From contig CBDCCI010000001.1 of assembly GCA_965214705.1 (NCBI GenBank), forward strand, positions 320,001 through 384,000: 64,000 nt of DNA. Direction: 5' to 3'. Position 1 is the first letter of the stretch. Every line of letters starts with the position of its first letter. Origin of the DNA: Alphaproteobacteria bacterium (GTDB lineage Bacteria; Pseudomonadota; Alphaproteobacteria; UBA828). Position numbers and translations under genes: made by a program. This document shows positions 10,247 to 23,629 of the stretch, piece by piece. The notes under the pieces were generated by a model. That model saw nothing but the letters and a program-made list of their open reading frames with translations, did no database searches and was not told the origin of the DNA.

Positions 10247-10921
10247 TTACGCTGTGGCCAGCGCCGCGAGGTGGCTCCTGAGCGCTGCGATGCCGTCGCC
10301 CGTGCGTGCGCTGGTGGCGATCAGCGAGGGATAGGCGGCGACGTGGACAGCAAGTGCCGCCTCGATGGCGGCGACCTGCGCGGTCAGGGCCTCGGGCGTC
10401 AGCTTATCGCACTTTGTCAGCACCGCGAGGAAGGAGACGGCGCTCTGGTCGAACGCAGCCATGACCGGCTCATCGGCTGCGGTGATGCCGCGCCGCGCGT
10501 CGAGCAACAGGCAGACCCTCCGGAGCGTCGGCCGGCCGCGCAGGTAGGACTCAGCCAGCCGGGTCCAGGCCTTGATCTTGGTCTTGGAGGCGGCGGCGTA
10601 GCCGTAGCCCGGCAGGTCCACGAGCATGAGCCGGCCGTCGAGGTCGAAGAAGTTCAGCTCCCGCGTGCGCCCCGGTGTGTTGGAGGTGCGCGCCAAGGCG
10701 CGGCGCCCGGTCAGCGCGTTGACGAGGCTCGACTTTCCGACATTGGAGCGGCCGGCGAAGGCAATCTCGGGGAGCGCGGGCGCGGGCATTCCGTCGAGCC
10801 CAGCGACGCCCGCGACGAAGCGGCAGGGCCGCGCAAACAGCCGCCTACCAGCTTCTAGCGCCGCCGCGCGCGCTTCCGCGTTCTCTGCCGCCTCGGCCTC
10901 GGCCGGTCCTGGCTCGTCCAT
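10247..10921 (-). CDS. engB: Ribosome biogenesis GTPase YihA/EngB
   Basis: GRSNVGKSS, PGRT, DLPGYG, TKCD. Confidence 0.95.
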   Translation of the reverse strand: MDEPGPAEAEAAENAEARAAALEAGRRLFARPCRFVAGVAGLDGMPAPALPEIAFAGRSNVGKSSLVNALTGRRALARTSNTPGRTRELNFFDLDGRLMLVDLPGYGYAAASKTKIKAWTRLAESYLRGRPTLRRVCLLLDARRGITAADEPVMAAFDQSAVSFLAVLTKCDKLTPEALTAQVAAIEAALAVHVAAYPSLIATSARTGDGIAALRSHLAALATA

Positions 10922-13641
10922 TCGCCGCCGTCAGCGGATGCGCCGGGAGCTGACTCCTGCGCGGGTGCGTCGCCGTCCCCGGCCGCATCCCCGCTCACCG
11001 CCTCAGTCTCATGGGCCGGCGCCTCATCGGCAGGGGCTGCGTCGGCGGGCGCCGCATCGCCGTTTGCGTCGGTGGGAGCGTCTCCCTCCTCGGTGGCGCG
11101 GGCGGCGGCGCGCTCCGCCCTGCGCTGCCTGCGCGATTTCTGGGGCTTTGCCTTGGGCGCGGCCGCGGGCGTGGGCCTGGACGCCCCCTCGGCCGGGGGA
11201 ATCCCGAGGCCAGCCTTCAGGCGATCCATCAGGCCCGCGGGCTGGTCGGCGGCCGGCGCGGACTTGCGCTGGCGTGCGGCCTTTTGCCTCTGCTTGCGGG
11301 CCAGGGCCTTCTTCCGCGCGATGCGTGCCCGCTCGAGGGCGGCGCGCTTGGCCGGCGACATGGTGCTCCGGCTCTCGCCCGTTTCCTCGCCCTTTGCCTC
11401 ACCCTTGCGCTCGGCGCGTGGTCGGGCGGCACTCTTGGCACGCGTCTTCTGACCACCGCCCGATTCTGAACGCCGGGTCCGTGTCGAGCCCTCCGCCTTC
11501 GCACTGCCACCCGATGCCTGCGTTGAGCCGGACTTGCGGCGGGGTGCCTCGCCCTGGCGCGCGGGTCGGTCGCTTCGCGTTTCGCCAGCCTTGCGCGCGG
11601 CTCCCTCGCGGCGTGGCTCTCTATCCTGACGCGGAGCGCTGTCACGCCGCGCTTTGCTTGTCCGGGGCTGGGACTTGCGGGCGCGTGCTGCGGTGTCCCG
11701 CTGCGTCGTCCCTTCGCGACGGGCCGTGTCCTCGCCCGCGGCACGCGCGCTTTCCTTGGCCGGATCGGGGCGCTTGGTCTTCTTGCGGGAAGAGCGGCTT
11801 GGTTTCAGCAGCGTGCCCTTCTCCGCCGCCTCCTTGATCTTTTTGATCTTCTCGGCGTCCTCGGCGAGGCTCTGGCGGGTGATGCCCATCCGCCGCATGA
11901 TCAGCCATTGCTGGCCGATGGAGAGCACGTTGTTCCAGGTCCAGTAGACCACCAGCCCGGCCGGGAAGCGCGCGAACAGGAAGAGGAAGATGATGGGCAG
12001 CGCCATCATGATCTTCTGCTGAATCGGCTCCATCGGCTGTGGGTTGAGCTTCATCTGGAGCCACATGGTCGCACCGAAGATGAGCGGCCAGATGCCCACC
12101 AGCAGGAACTCCGGCGCCGGCCATTCAAGCAAGCCGAAGCCGGTGATGAAGGTCATCGGGTCGGGCGCGGAGAGGTCGTGGATCCAGCCGAAGAAGGGCG
12201 CGTGCCGCATCTCGATGGTGACGAACAGCATGTAGTAGAGGGCGAAGAACACCGGTATTTGCGCGAGCAGCGGCAGGCAGCCGGCCACCGGATTGGCCTT
12301 CTGCTCGCGGTAGAGCTTCATCAGCTCGCTGTTCATCCGCTGCTTGTCGTCCTTGAAGCGCTCACGCAGGCGGATCATCTCCGGCTGGAGCTTGCGCATC
12401 CGGCTCATGGACGCGTAGGCCTTGTTGGCCAGCGGGAACAGCAGCACCCGCACGCAGATGGTCAGCAGCAGGATGGCGACGCCAAAGTTGCCGGTCACCC
12501 GGTTGAAGAAGTCGATGACGTAGAACATCGGCTTCGACAGGAACCACGCCGGGCCGAAATCGACGGAGAGATCCAGGCGATCCGCGCCCAGCGTCTCCTC
12601 ATAGTTATCGAGAAGGCTGATCTCCTTGGCGCCGGTGAAGAGGTGCGAGGTGAGCGAGATCGCCTGCCCCGGACTCACCGTGAGCGGGTCGGCCTCGTAG
12701 ATGGTCTGGAAGGAATCTTCCGTGCCGCCGTCGACCGGCACGTACTCGAAGCTGCCGTGGAACGGCACCTGCTGATCGGGGATGAGCGCCACCAGCCAGT
12801 ACTTGTCGGTTATTCCCATCCAGCCGCCCGTCGCGTCGTAGCGGTACTCGGCGCCGGCGCGGGGGTTCTCCACCTTGGCGTCGTAGGCGTCGCGCATGTC
12901 GTCGTAGTCGGCGTCTTGATAGTCCTCGCCGAAGACGCCGAGCGCGCCGTCCTGGAAGATGAAGAGCGGCTTGAACGGCAGGATTGACTCGGTGGCGTCG
13001 CTGAACCGCGCGATCCGCGAATAAGGCGTGAGCGCCAGCGGCGCGCCGGTGGTGTTGAGCACCGATTGGGTGACGGTGAAGACGAAATTCTCGTCGATGT
13101 CGATCTTGCGTGTGAACTTAAGCCCGGCGCCGTTGTCCCAGCGGAGCGTGACCGGCCGGCCGGGCGCGAGAGTGAGCTTGTCGGCATCCCAGAGGGTGTC
13201 GGGTTGGGGGAGCGCAATGCCCTCGTTGGCCGCAATCCAGCCGAAGTCCGCAAAATAGGGACGCACTGCGTCGCGGGGCTGGAGCAGCACGATGTTCGGG
13301 CTCTCCTCGTCTGCCTCCTCGCGATAGTCGAGCAGCGTGATGGAATCGATGCGCCCGCCGAGGCGCGCAATCGAGCCGCTCAGCCTGGGCGACTCGATCT
13401 GGATGCGGGGGCTGTCGATGCCCGCTTGGCGCAACTCCACCTGAGCCGGGTCGTCCACGTCGGGCACCACCTGATCCAGCGACGGCGGCGCCGTCCCCGG
13501 CGTGGGCTGCTCCGCGGCGCGCCGCGGCCGCTCATCCGGCGGGAACAGCGCCGGCATGAGGAATTGCCAGCCGACGAGGACCACGAAAATCGCGCCGATG
13601 GCGATGATGAGATTGCGCTTGTCTTGGCCGCTGCCGAACAT
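10855..13641 (-). CDS. yidC: Membrane protein insertase YidC with a long basic C-terminal extension
   Basis: N-terminal TM helix, periplasmic domain (WMGITDKYW), GNFGVAILLLT, GCLP, APFFGWIHDLSAPDP, GLVVYWTWNNVLSIGQQW; canonical position after yidD. Confidence 0.95.
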   Translation of the reverse strand: MFGSGQDKRNLIIAIGAIFVVLVGWQFLMPALFPPDERPRRAAEQPTPGTAPPSLDQVVPDVDDPAQVELRQAGIDSPRIQIESPRLSGSIARLGGRIDSITLLDYREEADEESPNIVLLQPRDAVRPYFADFGWIAANEGIALPQPDTLWDADKLTLAPGRPVTLRWDNGAGLKFTRKIDIDENFVFTVTQSVLNTTGAPLALTPYSRIARFSDATESILPFKPLFIFQDGALGVFGEDYQDADYDDMRDAYDAKVENPRAGAEYRYDATGGWMGITDKYWLVALIPDQQVPFHGSFEYVPVDGGTEDSFQTIYEADPLTVSPGQAISLTSHLFTGAKEISLLDNYEETLGADRLDLSVDFGPAWFLSKPMFYVIDFFNRVTGNFGVAILLLTICVRVLLFPLANKAYASMSRMRKLQPEMIRLRERFKDDKQRMNSELMKLYREQKANPVAGCLPLLAQIPVFFALYYMLFVTIEMRHAPFFGWIHDLSAPDPMTFITGFGLLEWPAPEFLLVGIWPLIFGATMWLQMKLNPQPMEPIQQKIMMALPIIFLFLFARFPAGLVVYWTWNNVLSIGQQWLIMRRMGITRQSLAEDAEKIKKIKEAAEKGTLLKPSRSSRKKTKRPDPAKESARAAGEDTARREGTTQRDTAARARKSQPRTSKARRDSAPRQDREPRREGAARKAGETRSDRPARQGEAPRRKSGSTQASGGSAKAEGSTRTRRSESGGGQKTRAKSAARPRAERKGEAKGEETGESRSTMSPAKRAALERARIARKKALARKQRQKAARQRKSAPAADQPAGLMDRLKAGLGIPPAEGASRPTPAAAPKAKPQKSRRQRRAERAAARATEEGDAPTDANGDAAPADAAPADEAPAHETEAVSGDAAGDGDAPAQESAPGASADGGEWTSQDRPRPRRQRTRKRARRR

Positions 13642-13661
13642 GGATCGCTCGCCCGCCCCGC

Positions 13662-13928
13662 TCAGCGGGGGGCACGCCTCCAGGGAGTGCTCAAGATACG
13701 GAGCGGGCGCTCCGGCACCTCATCGACCCCGCCGGGACAATAGGGATTGCACCGCAAGATCCGCCAGGTCGCGAGCGCCAGGCCGAAGACCACGCCATGC
13801 CGCCTGAGCGCGGTCATCGCATAGTGCGAGCAGGTCGGCTCGAAGCGGCAGCTCGGCGGCAGGAGGGGCGAGATGAAATACTGGTATCCGCGGATCAGGC
13901 CCACGATCAGTAAAACGATCGGTTTCAT
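13662..13928 (-). CDS. yidD: Membrane protein insertion efficiency factor YidD
   Basis: [24 protein letters not shown]. Confidence 0.95.
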   Translation of the reverse strand: MKPIVLLIVGLIRGYQYFISPLLPPSCRFEPTCSHYAMTALRRHGVVFGLALATWRILRCNPYCPGGVDEVPERPLRILSTPWRRAPR

Positions 13929-14353
13929 GCGTCTCCCGCTCTCGGGCCCGCTTCGCGCGACCGGCCGGCGGCGGCTCGCCGTCTCCGGTCAGGTGCTCGA
14001 TCGCCCGGCCGCGCGCCGACACGCGCCAACGCCGCGGCCAGATCATCAACCAAAGCGTCGAACGGGCGGGTCAGCGTGGCAGCACGCGCGATGACGACGT
14101 AGTCGCAGCCGCTTTGCGCCGAGGCCGGCATAACATGGGCCACCGCCGCACGCAATCGGCGCTTGGCGCGGTTGCGCGCGACTGCGTTGCCGATCCGCCG
14201 GCTCGCGGTGTAGCCCACGCGCACCAGCCCCTGCTCGGCGTCCGCCTCGGGCATGGGTGCCGCCTGCAGCACCAGCCCAGGCGCTGCCCAACGCCGTGCC
14301 GCCGCCCGCACGCGCAGGAAGTCGCGCCGTTTCTTGAGCGTGGCGATGCGCAT
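13925..14353 (-). CDS. rnpA: Ribonuclease P protein component
   Basis: [31 protein letters not shown]; start at ATG 14353. Confidence 0.93.
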   Translation of the reverse strand: MRIATLKKRRDFLRVRAAARRWAAPGLVLQAAPMPEADAEQGLVRVGYTASRRIGNAVARNRAKRRLRAAVAHVMPASAQSGCDYVVIARAATLTRPFDALVDDLAAALARVGARPGDRAPDRRRRAAAGRSREAGPRAGDA

Positions 14354-14482
14354 CGACGTTGCTTCCGGTCGGGCGGTTATCTTCGTTGCCGTGATATGCG
14401 GTTGCGCGCGGCACGACGCGATTGGCCTGCGAGCATCGAGCATTCCGGAAGTAGCGACAGGCGAGGCCGGGCCTCGCCGGCC

Positions 14483-14617
14483 TCAGACGGCTAGGCGCTT
14501 GCGCCCCTTGGCGCGCCTGCGCGCGAGCACGCGCCGGCCGGCCACGGTCTTCATGCGCTGCCTGAAACCATGGCGCCGCTTGCGCACGATGTTGCTCGGC
14601 TGATAGGTCCGCTTCAC
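14483..14617 (-). CDS. rpmH: 50S ribosomal protein L34
   Basis: Manual translation from GTG: [44 protein letters not shown]. Confidence 0.97.
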   Translation of the reverse strand: MKRTYQPSNIVRKRRHGFRQRMKTVAGRRVLARRRAKGRKRLAV

Positions 14618-14720
14618 GCCTCGTCTCCGCCCCCAACACGGTCTCTCGCGAGCGCCGGGGCCGCCGCTGTATAAGCGCGTGCCCGGTCCCTGTCAACGCG
14701 CCCGCTGCGACGCAGCAGGC

Positions 14721-15671
14721 TCAAGGAGGGATGCGGCCGGCGAGCCAGTCCTCGATCAGCCGGCGGGAGATCGAGTAGCGGCCCGGTAGGCGAAACTCGT
14801 CGCTGTCGCGGCGGCCGAGCAGGTCGCGCCGCTTGTACCAATGGGCGTACTCCAGCTCGGTCTCGTCGACCGCGATCTCGCGGGAGAGCGCCTGCGCCAT
14901 GAAGCCCACCATGAGCGTGCCGGGGAAGGGCCAGGGCTGCGAGGAGTGGTAGCGGACATCGCCCACGCGCACGCCGCTCTCCTCCTCGATCTCGCGGGCA
15001 ACGCATTCCTCCAGGCTCTCGCCGGGCTCCAGGAAGCCCGCGAGGGTCGAGTGCATCCCCGGCGGCCAACGCGACTGGCGGCAGAGCAGACATTCGTCGC
15101 CGTCATGAACCAGCGTGATAACCGCCGTGTCGGTGCGCGGAAAATGGACCGCGCCGCAGTCCTCGTTGGTGCAGCGCCGTTGGTGGCCGGCCTCGAGCGC
15201 CGCCGCCGGCGATCCGCAGGCGCCGCAGAAGCGATGCCGCCGGTGCCAATAGGTCAGCCCCCGCGCGTAGGCGATGAGCGCGGAATCGGCCCCCGGCACG
15301 ATCTGCACCAGCTCGCGCAGGTCCATCATCTCGCCGCCGGGCGAGCGCGCGAGCAGGGACCCGGCCTCCACGTGAGAGAGATCGACCACGAAATGCGCCG
15401 CGCCGGCGGCACCCTCCTCGACCTCCACGCCCAGCAGCGTGGGCTCGGCGCTGCCGTCGAGCAATCCGTCGAGGGTCTCGCGGTAGTGGATGACGGGGCG
15501 GGGCTCGGGACCCAAACGGACCACGGCGTTCTGCCGCCAGATCGCGACGTAGCGGGTGGACGGGTCGTCGAAGCGGGCCTTGAGCCACGCCGCGTCGGTC
15601 CGCCGATGCGCGGCCCGGTCGAGCGGCATGCCGGCGAGCACGTTGGAGCCGATGCGAGTAAGGCCGGTCAT
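14721..15671 (-). CDS. nudC: NAD(+) diphosphatase / NADH pyrophosphatase
   Basis: Zn ribbon FCGACG..C..C, FPRTD, Nudix box GFLEPGESLEECVAREIEEE, SQPWPFP; start uncertain. Confidence 0.92.
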   Translation of the reverse strand: MTGLTRIGSNVLAGMPLDRAAHRRTDAAWLKARFDDPSTRYVAIWRQNAVVRLGPEPRPVIHYRETLDGLLDGSAEPTLLGVEVEEGAAGAAHFVVDLSHVEAGSLLARSPGGEMMDLRELVQIVPGADSALIAYARGLTYWHRRHRFCGACGSPAAALEAGHQRRCTNEDCGAVHFPRTDTAVITLVHDGDECLLCRQSRWPPGMHSTLAGFLEPGESLEECVAREIEEESGVRVGDVRYHSSQPWPFPGTLMVGFMAQALSREIAVDETELEYAHWYKRRDLLGRRDSDEFRLPGRYSISRRLIEDWLAGRIPP

Positions 15672-15796
15672 CCCCCAAACTCGCACACCGATAGACCCAT
15701 TCATACCCCCAGCCCGCCCAGCGCTTGGACCGATGGCTGCGGGGTCTATAGTAGGTGCGAGTTGTCCCGGACTGCGAAAACTCTGAGTTCTTGGCG

Positions 15797-16664
15797 ATGA
15801 GCACCGCTCTCTACGTCCCGCTCGACAATCGCGGGATCGTCTCCGTGGACGGTCCCGAGGCGGTCCCCTTCCTCCAGGGATTGATCTCCAACGATATCGA
15901 GCGTGTGACCGAGGCGCGCGGCATCTACGCGGCGCTGCTGACACCCCAGGGCAAGTTCCTCCACGATTTCTTCGTGCTGCGGCAAGGGGATGGCTACCTG
16001 CTCGACTGCGAAGGGCCGCGCGTCGGCGATCTCGGGGGCCGGCTGGTGGCCTACAGGCTGCGTGCCGACATCCAGCTCGCGGACGCGACCGAGGATTTTC
16101 AGGTGGTGGCGCTCTTCGGCGGGGAGGGCGCTGACGATGCGTTCGGCCTGCCGTCCGGCGAAGGCAGCGCGGTGCCGTGCGAAGGCGGCACCCTCATGCG
16201 CGATCCCAGGCACGCGGCGCTGGGGCTTCGCGCGGTCCTGCCCCGCGACGTGGACCTCGCGTTCCTGGAAGAAGCGGGCTTCGCCAAGGGCCACGTCGCC
16301 GACTACGAGCGCCACCGCATCGCCCACGGTGCGCCCGACGGCAGCCGCGACATGGAGGTCGGCCGGGCGACGCTGATGGAGTGCGGTTTCGAAGCGCTCA
16401 ACGGCGTCGACTTCGAGAAGGGCTGCTACGTCGGCCAGGAGCTGACGGCACGCACCAAGCATCGCGGCCTGGTGCGCCGGCAGCTCGCACCCGTTGCGCT
16501 GGACGGGCCGCTGCCGCCCAGCGGCACGCCGATCATGGCGGGCGAGCGGGAGGTGGGCGAGATCCGCTCAGGGCTGGACGACGTCGCGCTCGCGGTGCTG
16601 CGCCTGGAAAGGATCGCCGCGGCTGCCGAGGCGGGAGAACCGCTCACCGCAGGCGAAGCGCGGG

Positions 16665-16687
<23 letters not shown>
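15797..16687 (+). CDS. ygfZ: Folate-binding Fe-S repair protein YgfZ
   Basis: FLQGLISND, LLTPQGK, KGCYVGQE signature. Confidence 0.93.
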
Positions 16688-19358
<2,671 letters not shown>

Positions 19359-19408
19359 CGCTCAGAGTCCCGTCCCGGACATGCCTGTTGGCAGAGCAGC
19401 CCTCTCAT

Positions 19409-19497
19409 CGTCATGGCCGGGCTTGTCCCGACCATCTCGTCGCGCCAGGCGATGCTGTGCGTATTCGTGGATGCCCGGATCAAGTCCGGGCATGACG
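19409..19497. repeat. Alphaproteobacterial REP-like palindromic element
   Basis: cgtcatggccgggcttgtcccgaccatc ... gtggatgcccggatcaagtccgggcatgacg: two internally palindromic arms that are inverted relative to each other, between glyS and ppdK. Confidence 0.85.
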
Positions 19498-19542
19498 AAA
19501 GGGGGGACGCTGGAAGCGGTCATGTCCGTTTCTGGGCCACGC

Positions 19543-21633
19543 TCAGCCCTCGATCTTCGAGAAGTCGGCGACGCGATCCAGCGTGGCGCGGATTTGCGAG
19601 AGCATCAGGAGCCGGTTGCGTCGCAGTGCAGGGTCGTCGCAGTTGACCGTGACGTTGTCGAAGAAGGCGTCGATGGGAGCGCGGAGTGGCGCCATGATCG
19701 TAACTGTGTGGTGGAACGCTTCTTTACTAAGCATGTGCTCAGCTAGTTGGTTGGCCTTGAAGATTTGCTCGTTGAGGGCGCGCTCGTCCTCCTCGGTGAA
19801 GAGCGTTGGATCGGGCTCGCCTTCGTAGCACCTGCCGTCCTTTTTCTCCTCGATCCGCAGGATGTTAGCGGCACGACGATAGGCAGTAAGCAAGTTGGCA
19901 CTGTCCTCGCTGTCGAGGAAAGACGTGAGCGCGTCGACGCGAGCTAGCAGGCGCACCAGATCGTCTTCACCGCCCTCCACTGCAAAGACGGCGCTGACGA
20001 GATCGTGGCGAACGCCCTTATCTCGAAGAGCTACCTTGAGTCGATCAGCGAAGAATGCGAGCAGCGCGTCGCGGGTGGCCTCCGGCACCGGTTCCGCCGG
20101 CAGCAGATTGTCGTAACCGTCAAGTGCCTTTGACAGCACGCCGGCGAGTGAAAGCCGCAGCCGGTTCTCGAGGATGAGTCGAATGACCCCGAGGGCAGAA
20201 CGGCGCAGCGCGAAGGGGTCCTTGGAGCCAGTAGGCCGCTCGTCGATCGCGAAGAAGCCAGCCAGGGTGTCAAGCTTGTCCGCGAGCGCAACAGCGACGC
20301 TCACCGGCTCCGTCGGAATTAAGTCGTCCCGCCCCTGCGGTGCGTAGTGCGAGGCAATGGCCCTGTATACTTCCGGGTTCTCCGGCTTGTCTTGTCGCTC
20401 CGCGTAGAGGCTACCCACAAGCCCCTGAAGCTCCGGGAACTCGCCCACCATCTGGGTCACGAGATCGGCCTTGCACAAGAGTCCGGCGCGCGCTGCGTTG
20501 TCAGGGTCGGCCCCCTCGATCCTCTGGCAGAGGGTGCGCGCCAGCCTCGCAACGCGCTGCGCTTTCTCGTGCATGGAGCCGAGGCGGGCATGGAAGACCA
20601 CACCCTCAAGCTGCGGCAGGCGGTCGATGAGTTTCTGTCGCTTGTCTTGCTCCCAGAAGAACTGGGCATCGGCTAGGCGCGCGCGCAGCACCCGCTCGTT
20701 GCCGGCGATGACAGCAGCGCCGTTCTCCGCAGTCTCGGCATTCGAGACCATGACGAAACGCGGTGGAGCCTGAAGGATCCCTCTCGTTATGGGGAAGTAA
20801 CGCTGATGCGTTCTCATCGCGGAACGCAGCACCTCCTCCGGCAGGTCCATGAAGCGCTGGTCGAAGCGGCCCATCAAGACCACCGGCCATTCCACGAGGC
20901 CCGCGTTCTCTTCCACCAGCCCGTCGTCCTGGGCGAGCACGAAGCCCGCGCTTTCTGCAAGGGCTTCGGCCTTGGTCCTAATTTTTTGCTCCCGCTCCTC
21001 CGGGTCCAGCATCACCTTCGCGGCTTCGAGGGTAGTCTCGTAGTCGTCCGCACGCTTGATGGAGATCGGTCCGCCGGAGAGGAAGCGGTGGCCCTGTGTC
21101 GCGCGTCCGCTCTCGATCGTGCCGAAGCGGAAGGGCACCACATCGCCACCCAACAGGCAGAGGATCGAGCGGATGGGGCGCACCCAGCGCACGCCACTCC
21201 CATCCCAACGCATGGACTTGGGCCAGGAGACGGCGACCAGAGCCTGTGGCAACAGGTCGGCGAGGAGGTCGGAGGTGGGGCGTCCCTTCTCCTGCGTGAC
21301 CGCGAACCAGACCGGGCCCTTGGGAGTCTCCCGCTGCTCGCAGTCGTCGAGCGTGAGGCCGGTGGACTTGAGGAATCCGTCTATTGCCTTCTGTGGCGCA
21401 TCGACGCGCGGGCCCTTGCGCTCCACCGTGATGTCGGGTTGCACCGCCGGCAGTTTGGGTACGATCAGAGCTAGACGGCGCGGCGTCGCGAAGGACTGCA
21501 CGCCCTCGGCGTCGAACACGAGACGGGCCTCCTCCAGCCGGGAGAGGACCTGCTTCTTCAACTGGTCCGCACCGCCCTCCTGCATCCGCGCGGGGATCTC
21601 TTCGGACAGAACCTCCAGCAGCAGGTCAGGCAT
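19543..21633 (-). CDS. glyS: Glycine--tRNA ligase beta subunit
   Basis: LLLEVLSEEIP, TPRRL, WPKSMRW, GNERVLRARLADA, EFPELQG, TGSKDPFALRR. Confidence 0.96.
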   Translation of the reverse strand: MPDLLLEVLSEEIPARMQEGGADQLKKQVLSRLEEARLVFDAEGVQSFATPRRLALIVPKLPAVQPDITVERKGPRVDAPQKAIDGFLKSTGLTLDDCEQRETPKGPVWFAVTQEKGRPTSDLLADLLPQALVAVSWPKSMRWDGSGVRWVRPIRSILCLLGGDVVPFRFGTIESGRATQGHRFLSGGPISIKRADDYETTLEAAKVMLDPEEREQKIRTKAEALAESAGFVLAQDDGLVEENAGLVEWPVVLMGRFDQRFMDLPEEVLRSAMRTHQRYFPITRGILQAPPRFVMVSNAETAENGAAVIAGNERVLRARLADAQFFWEQDKRQKLIDRLPQLEGVVFHARLGSMHEKAQRVARLARTLCQRIEGADPDNAARAGLLCKADLVTQMVGEFPELQGLVGSLYAERQDKPENPEVYRAIASHYAPQGRDDLIPTEPVSVAVALADKLDTLAGFFAIDERPTGSKDPFALRRSALGVIRLILENRLRLSLAGVLSKALDGYDNLLPAEPVPEATRDALLAFFADRLKVALRDKGVRHDLVSAVFAVEGGEDDLVRLLARVDALTSFLDSEDSANLLTAYRRAANILRIEEKKDGRCYEGEPDPTLFTEEDERALNEQIFKANQLAEHMLSKEAFHHTVTIMAPLRAPIDAFFDNVTVNCDDPALRRNRLLMLSQIRATLDRVADFSKIEG

Positions 21634-21636
21634 GGC

Positions 21637-22509
21637 CTACTTCGACCCCGCCAGCCAGGCCTCGCAGCAGGCCTTGGCCAGCGCGCGCACGCGCCCGATA
21701 TAGGCCGCGCGCTCCACCACGCTGATCGCGCCGCGCGCATCCAGCAGGTTGAAGAGGTGGCTGGCCTTCATGCACTGGTCGTAGGCCGGCAGCGCCAGCG
21801 GCTTGTCGCCCGAGAGCAGCGCGGTGCACTCGGCCTCCGCGTCCTCGAAGTGGCTGCGCAGGCGGTCGATATCGGCGTGCTCGAAGTTGAAGGCTGAGAA
21901 CTCGCGCTCGGCACGCAGGAACACGTCGCCGTAGACCGTGCCGTGGCCGTCCCAATCCAGGTCGTAGACGTTGTCGACGCCCTGCACGTACATGGCGAGG
22001 CGCTCCATGCCGTAGGTGAGCTCGACCGGGACCGGGTCGCAGTCGATCCCGCCCACCTGCTGGAAGTAGGTGAACTGGGTGACCTCCATGCCGTCGCACC
22101 AGACCTCCCAGCCGAGGCCCCAGGCGCCCAGCGTCGGGCTCTCCCAATCGTCCTCGACGAAGCGGATGTCGTGGGCGTGAACGTCGATGCCGAGCGCGCC
22201 CAGGCTGCCGAGGTACTGGTCCTGCACGTCCTCGGGCGCGGGCTTCAGGAGCACCTGGAACTGGTAGTAGTGCTGGAGCCGGTTGGGGTTCTCGCCGTAG
22301 CGGCCGTCGCCGGGCCGGCGGGAGGGCTGCACGTAGGCCGTGCGCCAGGGCTCAGGCCCCAGGCTGCGCAACGTGGTCGCGGGATGGAAGGTGCCGGCGC
22401 CGACCTCCATATCGTAGGGCTGCAGGATGACGCAGCCGCGCTCCGCCCAATAGGCCTGCAGGCCAAGGATGAGCGACTGGAACGACCGGTCGCGGCTGTT
22501 GGCGTCCAT
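21637..22509 (-). CDS. glyQ: Glycine--tRNA ligase alpha subunit
   Basis: [42 protein letters not shown]. Confidence 0.97.
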   Translation of the reverse strand: MDANSRDRSFQSLILGLQAYWAERGCVILQPYDMEVGAGTFHPATTLRSLGPEPWRTAYVQPSRRPGDGRYGENPNRLQHYYQFQVLLKPAPEDVQDQYLGSLGALGIDVHAHDIRFVEDDWESPTLGAWGLGWEVWCDGMEVTQFTYFQQVGGIDCDPVPVELTYGMERLAMYVQGVDNVYDLDWDGHGTVYGDVFLRAEREFSAFNFEHADIDRLRSHFEDAEAECTALLSGDKPLALPAYDQCMKASHLFNLLDARGAISVVERAAYIGRVRALAKACCEAWLAGSK

Positions 22510-22609
22510 CGAAGGTCAACGATTCGGATAAATGGGCGGGCGGACAATGCCCCCCGCTTAGGCAGCGGTCAACCGCGCGGATGCCCCGCAGTTGCCGCGG
22601 GAGTGTGCG

Positions 22610-22762
22610 TTAGCGGCGGTTGTCGTCGATGTTCTGATGCTCCTCGTGCTCGAGCGGCTCCGCGGCCTTGGCCTTGGCGCGCACCCGGCCGATTGCCTTG
22701 AAGCCGAACCAGACGGCCGCAATCAGCACCACGAGGATTAGCAGCTTCATCGGGCTAAACAT
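22610..22762 (-). CDS. Small single-TM membrane protein (50 aa)
   Basis: Manual translation MFSPMKLLILVVLIAAVWFGFKAIGRVRAKAKAAEPLEHEEHQNIDDNRR*; GGAG RBS upstream; too short for the ORF track. Confidence 0.7.
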   Translation of the reverse strand: MFSPMKLLILVVLIAAVWFGFKAIGRVRAKAKAAEPLEHEEHQNIDDNRR

Positions 22763-22927
22763 GTCTCACGCTCCCGTCACACGACGCACCGCGCAGCTAG
22801 GGCCGCCAGCGCACCGCCCTGTTTGACGGTCACTCTGAAGCCCCCGCGCGGGCAGGTCAAGCGTTGTCTCGGAGTTGTGAACTGGGCGGGATTGACGCTG
22901 CACGGGCTAACAGCCATCGTCCGCCCC

Positions 22928-23629
22928 GTGCCGCCCGCCTTCAGCATCGTGATTCCGACCCTCGACGCCGCCGGCGTGCTCGGCGCGACCCTTGCCGACA
23001 TCGCACCCGGCGTCGCCCGGCTTGAAGAGCGCGGGACGGCGGCCGAGGTCGTGGTCGCCGACGGCGGCTCGCGGGATGGCACCGCCGACGAAGCCCGCCG
23101 CCACGGCGCGCGCGTGGTCGAGACGGAGGCCGGCCGCGGCCGGCAGCTGGCGGCGGGAGCGGAGGCGGCAGGAGGCGCGTGGCTGCTCTTCCTCCACGCC
23201 GACACGCGTCCGGCACCGGGGTGGGACGCGGAGGTGAACGCCTTCATCGCCCAGCCCGCAAACCAAGGCTGTGCCGCTTGCTTCCGCTTCGCCCTCGACG
23301 ACCGGGCCGTCGCCGCGCGCCTGCTGGAGCGGCTGGTGGCGCTGCGGTGCTGGTTGTTCGCGCTGCCCTATGGCGACCAGGGGCTCCTGATCCACCGCAG
23401 CCTGTACGAGGCGCTGTGCGGCTTCCGCCCGCTGCCGATGATGGAGGATGTGGACCTCGTGCGCCGGATCGGCCGGCGGCGGCTCGCCTACCTGGCGACG
23501 CCGGCAGTCACCTCGGCCGTGCGCTTTCGGCACGCGGGATACCTGCCCCGCATGCTGCGCAATCTCTGCTGCCTGCTGCTCTTCTCCTTCGGCGTGAGGG
23601 CCGAGACGGTGGCGAGGCTCTACGGATGA
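22928..23629 (+). CDS. GT2 glycosyltransferase, TIGR04283-like
   Basis: SIVIPTL, VVADGGSRDGT, GRGRQL, LFLHAD, PYGDQG, MEDVD. Confidence 0.85.
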   Translation: MPPAFSIVIPTLDAAGVLGATLADIAPGVARLEERGTAAEVVVADGGSRDGTADEARRHGARVVETEAGRGRQLAAGAEAAGGAWLLFLHADTRPAPGWDAEVNAFIAQPANQGCAACFRFALDDRAVAARLLERLVALRCWLFALPYGDQGLLIHRSLYEALCGFRPLPMMEDVDLVRRIGRRRLAYLATPAVTSAVRFRHAGYLPRMLRNLCCLLLFSFGVRAETVARLYG

